From contig QPMI01000065.1 of NCBI GenBank assembly GCA_004431415.1, forward strand, positions 1 to 33,435: a stretch of 33,435 bases of DNA, in the 5' to 3' direction. Numbering within the stretch: position 1 is the first letter of the stretch; each line of letters begins with the position of its first letter. Made by a program: the position numbers and the translations under genes. This stretch comes from Cyanophora paradoxa CCMP329. Taxonomy: Eukaryota > Plantae > Glaucophyta. Below the pieces are notes generated by a model. That model saw only the letters and a list, made by a program, of their open reading frames with translations, did not search any database and was not told the origin of the DNA. Below are positions 1-9,118 of this stretch, piece by piece.

Positions 1-3000
1 GGTTGGAGAGGCGGGAGCCGGCCTCGGACAGCGAGAAGGAGCCGTCGGAGAGGGTCACGAGGTCGAGCCCCGCGAGGGCCCGTTTCGTGCGCCGGGCGAC
101 GACGCGCTCGCGTACCCCCACGTAGTGCATGAAGCGCGAGAAGACATCCTCGGAGGCCACGATGATCAGGCGCCGCCCGCCGGCCCCGGGCCCTCCCCAG
201 CGCCGCTGAGCGCGACGCTCTGGCCGTCCGCCGAGCCCGGCGGCTCGCTAGCGAGCCGCGGGGCCCAAGGACGCGGCGGTAGGAGCCCAGGCCCGGGCCC
301 CGCGGGGGCTGCTGGACCCCGGGAAGCTTGGGAGGGACGGGGGTGCGCGAACTCGGGGCGGCCGCCGCCGCGCCCGCCGGCCGCCCCGTTTCGTGGAGGT
401 CGATGAGGAGGGTCGGGGAGAGGAGGAGGCGGTCCGGCCGGCCTCCACCACGCGCCGGCTGGAGCCGGGGGCCGCCCCCGCCGCCGCCCCCGCCGCCGAG
501 GCGCACATCGAGTCCAGCGAGTGGAACGAGGCCGGGCCAACGCCGCCCGCCGCGGGGGCGGCGAGCCCCGCGCCGAGCGGGCCGTGGCCCTCAGCGTGTG
601 CGCCAGCCCGCTGCTGAGGTCGCGGTCCGAGTCGAGGGCCCCAGGGCGCGCCGGCGGCTGCGGCGGCGCCTCGGTCGCCTTCCGGGGGTACCGCCGTGGA
701 GCTCGGCGTGCTCGGCGGCGGCGGCGGCAAGGCGGCGGCGGCCTGCGGGGAGACGGGCAGCAGCACGCCTCCCACGCGCAAGTGGAGCATCTCCGTCGGC
801 GTCCGCAGGCCGCTCTCCGACCCGCCCCGCTCCGCGCTCCCGCCCCTGCTCCCGCTCTCGGACGAGGAGGGGCAGCGGGCCGCGCCTCCGCTCGCGGCGG
901 AGGCGGCCCATGACGCGCCGGCGGCGTGCTTCCACCGGCGGCGGAGGGCGGCGGCGCGGGAGCGGGGCGCGCCGAGGCGGGTCGGCTCGGCGCCTCGTCC
1001 TCGTCCTCCTCCAGTAGCCGATTGAGGCGGTCCCCTGCCGCATCACCACCGGCGCCGCCGCCCCCGCGCCCCGCCGGCCTCCTTCGACTCGGCCCGGGGG
1101 TACCCCGCGGACTCCCGGGGCGTGAACTTGGACACGAGCGTCTCCTGCGCGCACGCGTACCCCCGCACCGTAAGGCGACCGACTGGTTGGCCGAGATTGG
1201 GATCGAGGGGTACGTGTACGCACGGCGCCCTCGGGACGTTGAGGGGTAGAGCGACGGGGATGGCGAAGGAGGAGGCGGGCTTCTCGGCGGGGGCGGGGCA
1301 GGGCCCTCGTCCTCGTCCTCGCTGTCCGAGCCGCGGGGCCCGCCCGGCCGCCGCCGCGCGAGGCCGTAGGCGAGTCGAAGTTGAAGGGAATGAAGGGAGG
1401 CCCGCTGGCCGGCTGCGCGGGCCGCCCGGGGGCACCGAAGGAGCCCGTCCGGTCCGTCTCGTACTCGGACGAGCGGCTGGTCACTTGGTTCGAGCCGCGC
1501 GAGCCGCGCCGCGGGGCCCCGGACCCCTTGAACGCCTGCGACAGTTGCTGCGCCCGCCCGCGTAAGTCGACTGCCAGCCCCGCGACTCCTTAGGGAGCGC
1601 CCAGCGCACCCGCTCCCTGAGGAGGTTAGCGACGTCCTCGTACCCCCCGCGGAGGGCGTCGTCGAGGGCGTGCAGCCGAAGCGGTCGCGCGCGTCGATGT
1701 CGGCGCCCATCTTGAGGAGGATCTCGACGGCCGCCAGCTGCCCCTCCGACGCCGCCAGGTGCAGCGCCGTCCGCTTGTCGGTAGTCGCACACGTTCGGGT
1801 TCGCCCCGTTCCGCACGTACCGCTGCAGCGTCTCGATGTCCCCCTCTGCGCGCGCGCGCGCCACCGCGTCAGCGGCGCGGGGCAAGGGCGGGGGCGGAAG
1901 GCGCGGGGCCGGGGCACCGGAGGCGGCGACGTAGAGGGCGTCGCCGACGTCGGCGTCGGTGAGGCGGGCGCCGTGCTGCCGCAGGATCGCCGCCACCGCG
2001 TCGTGCCCGAACTTCACCGCGTTCTGCATCGCCGTCCGCCCCACCGGTCCCGCCGCCCCGCGTCTGCCCGCGCCGCAGCAGCAGCTCCGTCGCCTTGACG
2101 TGGCCCTCGGAGCGCTTATGTGGAGCGCGGTGCGCCCGTCGTAGTCGGCGGCGTTGACGTCGAGGCCGCCGTCGAGCATGCGCGCCATGTTCTCCACGTC
2201 GTTGAAGCCGGCGAAGTAGCAGAGGCGCATCAGCTGCTCCTCCTCCAACCGCCGGATCGCCGCCCGCACGCCCTCGAAGGAGCGCCCCAGCGAGGCGGCG
2301 CCCATCTTGAGCGCGTTCTGCCGCATCCGCGCCACTTGGTCGATGAACGTGTGCCCCAGCTCCTCGAAACTCCCGGCCGATGACGTAGAGCGTGCAGTGC
2401 GTGTGCGTGAAGGCCGTCTGCGTCTGCTTCACCCTGCGGAGAGGATGAGCGAAGCTCGCCAAGTTTTGAGCTTAGGCTCGGCTCAGGATCACCCGAAGAG
2501 CATGGAGATCTCGCCGAAGCACTGGCCCCGCCCGATCACCCGCCGCGGTGCGCGCGGCCCGCTCAGCGGCGCGCAGGCGGCGGGCGGCGGGGGCGGACGT
2601 GGCAGATGTCTTCTATCCAGACCTCGACCTCGCCGCCGCCGATGATGTACATCTCCCGCGACGGGTCGTCCACCCGCGTCACGTACTGCGCACAGGCGTC
2701 AGAGCAGGGCCGGGGCGGGGCGCGGCGGGCCTGGCCCGGGTGAAGACGGCGCGGCGCATGAGGACGGCGAGGGCCTGCACGAAGCGGCCCTCGCAGCCCT
2801 CCAGCAGCGCGCACTGCTCCGCCAGCGCGCGGTGCGTGTGGTCGACGACCTCGGCCTGCAGCGAGTACGAGTAAGAAAGAAAGCGGGCGAGTCCCCTAGC
2901 GTTCCTCCAGCCTCTAGCCTCTAGATTCAGCCTCCTACCCCTCCTCCGACTGACCTGCAGCGAGTACGGCAGCTGGTCCAGCATCGTGTCGGCCTCCGTT

Positions 3001-4765
3001 CGCGCTGGTTCATGAGCTGACGGGGAGGAAGAGAGGTTTAGTTTACGAAGAGGAGGAGGACAAGGGGTAAGGCGCGCGCGCACCACGAAGTACTCGGTGA
3101 GGCGGTCCCGGAGGGGCTTGGGGTACGCGTCCCTCTCGAAGCGCTCCTGGAGCGACCGCATCTGGGAGCGGAAGCGCGCCGTGTCCGCGTCGCTGGAGGC
3201 GGAGAGCGAGGCGGTGTGCCCGATGGTCCACGCCACCAGCGCGAAGCCGGCCGCGAAGACGGCGCGGAGAAAAGCAGCTCGCCGTCGCTCCGGGCGACGT
3301 GGTCGGCGGCGCCCGTGAGCGCCGCCGCCGACCAGTAGAGCGCCCGCGCGTACTGCGTGGCCGGCGAGCGCGCCCCGCCGAGGTCCAGCTGAGCCCCGGG
3401 GCCTCGTCTCCGCTGAAGACGCCGAACGTCGCGCAGGCCGCCAGTGGACGGCCAGGGCGACCACCGCCACCAGGCGCACCGCCCGCGCCAGCGCGAACGG
3501 CACCCGCACTGCCGCGGCCCGACCCGCGTTAGATGCGACGGGGCAGCTCAGAAACCTTAGCGGAGGGCAGCGCCCACCGCTGCGCTCGAGGCGGCGGAGG
3601 CCGGAGAGAGGTCGCCGATGCGGGCGAGGCGGAGGAGGCGGATCCAGAGGAACGGGTTCGCTCCAGCGAGGCCCCGTACATAAGCCGCTCGGGCAGCAGC
3701 AGCAGCGACGGCACCGCCGCCAGCGCGTCTGCGGCGAACGAAGTATTAGGAGAAGAAGGGGCGGGAAGCGGTGGCAAGGCAAAGCGAGCGAGCAGAGCCG
3801 ACCCTGGAGGAACGGTGGGCGAGGTAGTGGCGGGCCATGCGCCTGGGCTCGAGGACGAGCCGGCTGCGCTCGACGAAGCCCGTGCGAACCCGACGGCCAC
3901 GTCCAGGAGGAAGGCCGCGTCCGCGAGGTAGTCCACGGCCCGCACGCGCGGACTCGCCGAAGGCCAGCCGAAGGGTACGTCAGCGCGCACACCTGCCGCA
4001 GCGCAGTGAGCTTGCCGCGTCTTCTTTGTGCGCGGGGGCGGGGCGGGCGAACAGGACGAGGAGGAGAGGGCGCGCGGAGGCGGCGTAGATGGGGCCGGTG
4101 CGGGCGAAGAGAAGGAGCGGAGGAGCGCCCGCTCGTCCCCCGTGCCCCAGTTGTACTCGATCCCCTGCTCCGCGTGCGAGCGCCGCCGCTTGTACTGCCC
4201 CGCCTGCGCCCCGGCCGAAGGCGTAACCTTAGGCTCGAGGAGGGCTGGCTGGCGAGGAGGCAGGCGCACGATGATGGCTCCGGAGCTGTTGAGGCGGGTG
4301 CCCGGTGCGGGCGGCGTCGCCGCCGCCGCGGATGGACCCCCCGCGAGGGAGGCCGCCTTGCCCCCGTGCACGCTGTCGTCGACCGAGACGAAGTACGCGG
4401 ACCTGGGCCGCCGCCGACGCCGCCGTTGAGCCGAGAGCGCGCGCGGCGGGCGGGCGGGCGGGCGGCGGCGCGCCCTCGCTTCAGGCTCGGCTCGGGCATG
4501 ACCGTCAGCGAGTTGAGCGAGAGGATCGAGCCTGGCGCGCGGCGGGCGTCAGCCGCGCGGGTTCGAGGCCTCTCTGTGGAGGGGGCGAGGATCGGACCTG
4601 GGGAGGAGGGACGACCCCTCCCCTCGCGCCCCGCATGGCGGGCGTCGAGGAGGGCGTGTGGCGCGAGGCCTCCATCGCCGAGAACGACGCGAGCGGGTGC
4701 GTGCTTCGTTCATCGTTCGAGCTCCGCACCTTCCCGCTCAGCGACCTCACGATCTTATTCAACAT
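1..4765 (-). CDS. Cyclic-nucleotide-binding, ankyrin-repeat ion channel (AKT/SKOR/GORK- or CNG-like); multi-intron, frameshifted, 3' end beyond the window
   Basis: Stitched frames give a pore region QYARALYWSAAALTGAADHVARSDGELLF (~3355-3265), S6/C-linker VFAAGFALVAWTIGH...PKPLRDRLTEYF...LDQLPYSLQAEVV, a cNMP domain DDPSREMYIIGGGEVEV...GRGQCFGEISMLFG, and ankyrin repeats DYDGRTALHI..EGH, DKRTALHLAASEGQ, DRFGCTP (~2230-1620). Several GT-AG introns. The start at 4765 is tentative. Confidence 0.85.
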
Positions 4766-5483
4766 CCCGAGGCCTGCGCCTCCAGCCGGGGGCGCCGTCG
4801 GAAGCGTTGGTCAAGGTTCTCCGAGGGTCAAGTTCTTGATGACGCCAGTGCGACTCTGTGCGACCGAGGCGTTGATGGCGTTGCTCCTGCCAGCTGCTCG
4901 CCTAGCGAAGCCACGGTACGGCCCCAGCAGCGGTGGCGGCCAAGAGCCGCGCTCGCATAACGCCTGGGCAGCTCGCCCCGCAGCTCGCCCCCGCGTATTG
5001 CGCGGACAAGCTCGCGTTGACAAGCTTTCTCGCCGGTGCGCTTGTCACTGATGCCCTCGTTTCCACGCTGGCCGGGCCGCGGAGTGCTCGCCTGCTGCGC
5101 CGGGCGAAGATTTGGAATGCGTTTGGCCAGGCCTTGAGTTCGAATTCGCAGTGCGCGTTGATCGGATGCTGTCTAGCTGTACTGCAGCTGCTCGATGCGC
5201 GCGCTCACCAGCAGACTTGGGCAGCGCAGGCTCAGCTGCAGCTAGCTCTGCAATCGCGCATCGATGCGCTCTCGCATGCACAGACGAACCGCTGCGGTGA
5301 ACGCAGCGGTGAACCTGCTGCGAATGCGTGACAAGTGTATTGGCTCGGAAAGGGCGCGCCGCGACCGCTGCCTTGTCAACTCGAACCCTGGGGATTCGTG
5401 GGTCGGCGGTACCCCCCGGACCGGCGTGCGGGGGGTCGAGCCAGGCGTGGCCCGCCACGGGTACGCCGACCCGCCACCGCCAC

Positions 5484-5578
5484 GCGTGACCCCCGTGACT
5501 CCCGTGACACCCGTGACGCGGGCGGTGGTCGACCGGCGGCGAACCGGCGAGTCCGGAATGACGTCACGGTGACGTCAG
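5484..5578. promoter_or_regulatory. Cluster of (C)GTGAC tandem units and a TGACGTCACGGTGACGTCA double CRE-like palindrome
   Basis: cgtgacccccgtgactcccgtgacacccgtgacg (4 units), then tgacgtcacggtgacgtca, upstream of the channel gene. Related motifs recur upstream of other genes in the window. Confidence 0.4.
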
Positions 5579-5595
5579 CGCTCGGAACCGAGTAC

Positions 5596-5840
5596 TTACC
5601 ATGAATCACTAATCATAATGACTCGGCTGACCAATCCCATGGCGACTACTGCTCCCATCAGTGCAACGGCGATTAGCTGGCGGTACAGGACCAGCAGTGC
5701 CAGGATGAGCACGAGCACCGGCGCCGACGCCTGCCAGCCGTAGGCGCTGTGGACTCGCCAGAACAGCGAAAATGCACCGAAGCCCGCGAGCCCGAGCCCC
5801 ACGAGCAGGCCTGAGCCAGCCACAGTGCCTGATTCGCCAT
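5596..5840 (-). CDS. Small hydrophobic membrane protein (~80 aa, 2-3 TM helices)
   Basis: ORF 5596-5823: GLLVGLGLAGFGAFSLFW...PVLVLILALLVLYRQLIAVALMGAVVAMGLV. The ATG at 5840 needs one frameshift to join. Confidence 0.5.
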
Positions 5841-5874
5841 TGATACCAAATGAAAGGATAATGTTCCGATTCAG

Positions 5875-6000
5875 CCGTCGCCAACCCGACGCGACCCGAT
5901 GCGCGCCGACCGTCGAGCGTGCTGTATAAACCGACTCTAGGCGCCGTCACCGTGGTGGTGACGGTAAACCTTGCGGAGTTGAATCAAGGGTTCGAGTCCC
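5875..6000 (+). repeat. Dispersed repeat copy R1 (TATAAA + CCGTCACC/GGTGACGG hairpin + B-box-like GGTTCGAGTCC)
   Basis: TATAAA 5925-5930; 8-bp stem 5944-5951/5957-5964; GGTTCGAGTCC 5989-5999. Closely similar to 8304-8390. Confidence 0.85.
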
Positions 6001-6007
6001 CGCGGGC

Positions 6008-6123
6008 CCGTCGCCGACCCGACGCGCGCCGAACGTCGAGCGCGCCACCAGAGGCGAGCATAGGCGCCGTCACTCTGACGGTGACGGTAAACCCTGCGGA
6101 GTTGAATCAAGGGTTCGAATCTC
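6008..6123 (+). repeat. Dispersed repeat copy R2 (tandem to R1)
   Basis: taggcgccgtcactctgacggtgacggtaaaccctgcggagttgaatcaagggttcgaatc matches R1; the TATA-containing segment is replaced. Confidence 0.85.
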
Positions 6124-6142
6124 GGCGGGTCCCGTTTGGCCG

Positions 6143-6795
6143 ATGGCGCGTCGGGCGCTGGTGCGGTCCTTTCGCGCCCGCCAGTACGGTCGCGGCGCTC
6201 TGATGCATGATTGGCAGCGCGAGCAGTTCAACGGACGGGCGGCGGCCGGCGGCGCGCTCGGCGAGGATTTGAACCGCGAGGGCCACGTGGTGGTGCTGGC
6301 GAACGCCGCCGTGCACGTGGCGCACTGCGTGAACGACGCGCTGCACGAGATGCGCGCGGGCGCCGGCGACCCGTTTGTGTACAACCCGCTGCTCGTCGCG
6401 GCGGTTGCCGGCGTCCAATCGGCGCTGGACGGCGTCGCGAGCTTCTGCGACCGGCACTTCCCGAGCGGCGAGCGGCGGGAGGACAAGCTCTACTTCGACA
6501 GCTACCGGTTCGCGCACCAGTGGCTCGAGCCGGTCGAGCGCGCGCGCCTGGCGCTCCGGCGGCCCGACTTCTACAACGGCGGCGACTTTGCCGCCGTCGC
6601 CAACCGCGCCAAGCACACGCTCCCGTGGTTCGGCGCGCGTCAGCGGACGCGGACGGCGCGCTCGACGTCCGCGACGCCGCCGGCCGCCGCCTGGTCGCCG
6701 GCACAGTCGCGCCCGCCTATCGCCTGCTCTGCCAGTGCGTGGCCGCGCTCGCCGTCCAGTGCGGCGTGCGCCTCCGCGAGTGGCCCGCGGTCTGA
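6143..6795 (+). CDS. Intronless ~215 aa protein, putative HEPN-like (Cthe_2314-type) helical domain; paralog A
   Basis: VAGVQSALDGVASFCDRHF...DKLYFDSYRF...DFAAVANRAKHTLP; one frameshift near 6640. The SALD / KxYF / NxxKH pattern resembles HEPN-like families (recognised by eye, not searched). Confidence 0.6.
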
Positions 6796-6853
6796 CGATT
6801 GTCCGCGCTGCCGTGGCCCGTGATGAATGCGAATATATATACGACAGTACTAC

Positions 6854-7569
6854 CTAACCAGTCAAACCAGACTCCTCGGCTATCGAGAGGCTCAGCGATG
6901 CGTATCGGACGGTGAGGCCAGGCGGTTTGCGACGAAGTACGAGGCTCCGAGCACGCAGGCCTTGCTGAAGTGCGAGTGCGACTCGTACACCGTGGCCGGT
7001 CGGCCGTTGACCAGGAGCGTGGCGCCGAGCGCCGAGACAGACGAGAGGCCGAGCGCCTCGATGACGTCGCCCGAGACGTAGGTGTGCGGCGAGCCCGTGT
7101 CGATGATGAATGGGGCGAACACGGCGCGCCCGCGCCTCGCGGCGACCGGCAGGACTGCGAGCGGCCGGCTGTTGGGGCCGGCGATCTGGCCCTCGACGGG
7201 GAACGCGGGGCGGCGGTCCGGCGGGCTTCTGCGAGGTAAGCGACGCCGAACAGCTGAGCGATTGACTCCAGGTCGCTGCGGTCACGGATGTCCGTGAGCA
7301 GGACGTCGAACTGCTTCGGCGTCACGAGCGCCGGGTGCGCGTCCGCGAGCCCGGCGGCCTGCATGCTTCTGAATAGGAGCGCGAGTGGCGCGAGCGCTGA
7401 GTCGATCTCAGAGAGCTCCGGCGACTTGTCGGGCACGTTGACCCGGATCAACCGAAGCTCCGAAAGAACGTCCGCGATGTTGGCCGCATCGCCGCGCAGC
7501 TGCGACTGGTCGGAGCCCGGCCGGCAGCGCGCGAGCGCCGCTGCAGCCGCCCGCCTCGGCGCTTTCCAT
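6854..7569 (-). CDS. Clan AA (retropepsin-like) single-domain aspartic protease with N-terminal helical extension; frameshifted
   Basis: FIIDTGSPHTYVSGDVIEALG (DTG at 7093-7101), then LLVNGRPATVYESHSHFSKACVLGASYF (the xLG motif). No gag, RT or integrase nearby. Confidence 0.75.
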
Positions 7570-7650
7570 TGAAGGCCTAGTTCGAGCCCCGCGGCCGATT
7601 GGCCCGTGTTCGCTGGCCCGGCGCTTCTTTCGCACGTCGACGGTGAGCCC

Positions 7651-8248
7651 ATGGCGGACGACGCGTTCCCGCTGCTGTCTGACGGTTCGCGCTTCTGCAG
7701 GTGATGCGCGGCGCGCGGGAACCGGCCGCCAGCGGCTCAACGCCGCCGGCCCACTGGCACTGTGCGGGCCGCGGTGTGCGTGGTCGCGCGCTCGTCTGCC
7801 AGGCCCAGGAGCTGTGCGCCGGGGCGGGCGCCGGCGCGGACGAGCTGAACGGGCTGGCTTCACCGCCACCGTGAGCTGGCGGCGCTGCTGGACAGCGTCG
7901 CGCACTACTGCGAGCGCGCGCAGCCGCGCGGCCCGTACGCCGCGACGGCAACATATACTTCGCAAGCTACCCGTTCGCGCAGAGCGATTCCGATTCGTCG
8001 CGGAGGCCGCGCGCGGCTCGGCGAGCTGGCGTTCGCCGCAAGCCGTTCGCCACGCTCGTCAACGAGCTCAGCACCACTGCCCGCACGTCGCAGCCGTCGC
8101 TCTTCGGCGCACGGGCCACTACGACCTGCACGACGCGCGGGCCGCGTTACGTGTACGACGTCCTCGTGCCGGCGTATCGGATCGCGCGCGACGTCGTCGC
8201 GCGCCTCGCGGCCCTGTTGCCGCCGCCGCCCGGCTTCCCCACCCGTGA
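7651..8248 (+). pseudogene. Paralog B of the 6143-6795 HEPN-like gene, heavily frameshifted
   Basis: Stitched fragments AALLDSVAHYCERAQP / DGNIYFASYPFA / PFATLVNEL-x-HHCP / YDLHDA / VLVPAYRIARDVVARLA align colinearly with SALDGVASFCDRHFP / EDKLYFDSYRFA / DFAAVANRAKHTLP / LDVRDA / TVAPAYRLLCQCVAALA. Confidence 0.7.
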
Positions 8249-8303
8249 TGAACGCGAACATACGTGCCACCCAGCACGCTCGCGGTCGGGTGCCGGTCCT
8301 GGT

Positions 8304-8390
8304 GTCGAGCGTGCTGTATAAACCGACTATAGGCGCCGTCACCATGACGGTGACGGTAAACCCTGCGGAGTGAATCGAGGGTCGGATCCC
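8304..8390 (+). repeat. Dispersed repeat copy R3
   Basis: gtcgagcgtgctgtataaaccgactataggcgccgtcacc differs from R1 at one position; hairpin kept; B-box decayed (gggtcggatccc). Confidence 0.85.
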
Positions 8391-8463
8391 TACGAAACCT
8401 GATGAGACCTCGCATGACGTCCGGGTCCATGTAGCGGCGTGAGCATGAGCGCGAGCCCTGACG

Positions 8464-8727
8464 TCATTGTAAGCTTTGCCGGGCCGACGCGCCCGACCAT
8501 GAACGGAGGAGCAGATCACCACGCCGAGCGGCGCGCTGCCTTCCAGCCGAAGCGGCCGTGGAGGCCGCGAAGGCTTGTACAGCCGTACGGCGCCGTCTGG
8601 CCAGCAGCAGCACCAGCGCGTAGAGCGTCAGCTTGAGCTCGAGCTCGCCGCCGTCATCCTCCGCGCCTGCTGCTGCGGCTGCGTCGTCGAGGCTGCGCGC
8701 CCGGCGGTCGTGACTCGGCGTTACCAT
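8464..8727 (-). CDS. Small hypothetical protein
   Basis: ATG 8727: MVTPSHDRR...ELELKLTLYALVLLLA, GC3-rich codons, lying between R3 and R4. The true 3' end is uncertain. Confidence 0.3.
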   Translation of the reverse strand: MVTPSHDRRARSLDDAAAAAGAEDDGGELELKLTLYALVLLLARRRRTAVQAFAASTAASAGRQRAARRGDLLLRSWSGASARQSLQ

Positions 8728-8762
8728 GGTCACTCGTTGCGCTCGAAAAAAACGCGCGCGGC

Positions 8763-8864
8763 CCGTCGCAACCCCACGCGCGCCGACCGCCGAGCGTGCT
8801 ATGGGATGATCCGATCCGTCACGGGTCGAAGGCCGCGGACGCGTCGCCGTCACCGACGGTGACG
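8763..8864 (+). repeat. Diverged repeat copy R4
   Basis: ccgtcgcaaccccacgcgcgccgaccgccgagcgtgct matches the 5' part of R1; cgccgtcaccgacggtgacg matches the hairpin. Confidence 0.6.
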
Positions 8865-9118
8865 CGTCACCGTGACGCGCGATCATGCGGAAGCCGGAAA
8901 ATGCGAGCGCGAAATGCCGCGCGCGCGTTTTCCTGCGGCGCGTTTCCCGGCGCTGCGAACTGGGCCCCGAATGACCTCCGAGCGCCGGCCTCCGAACCTC
9001 ATTCCACTCGCCCAGCGAGATTCGCAAAGCCTCAGCGCTAGCTAGCAACTCACGGTGCGCGCGGTTTTCCCTTGGCTGCAAACTTGGCTGACTTTTCCCT
9101 TTGCGCGCAGATCTCAAG

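Noticed and set aside
1170-1249. Plus-strand peptide DWLAEIGIEGYV resembling a SAM domain start
   Set aside because: It is antisense to the channel gene's coding region, ends in a stop a few codons later, and the rest of a SAM domain is absent.
4933-5331. 132 aa ORF upstream of the channel gene
   Set aside because: No ATG start, weak codon bias and no motif.
5940-6010. tRNA gene suggested by GGTTCGAGTCCC
   Set aside because: The T-stem has only 3 bp, there is no acceptor stem, and there is too little room for an anticodon arm. Kept only as a B-box-like motif.
5875-8864. CRISPR-like array or LTR pair
   Set aside because: Units are ~90-125 bp with irregular gene-sized spacing and no cas genes. 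There are no TG..CA ends, PBS, RT or integrase.
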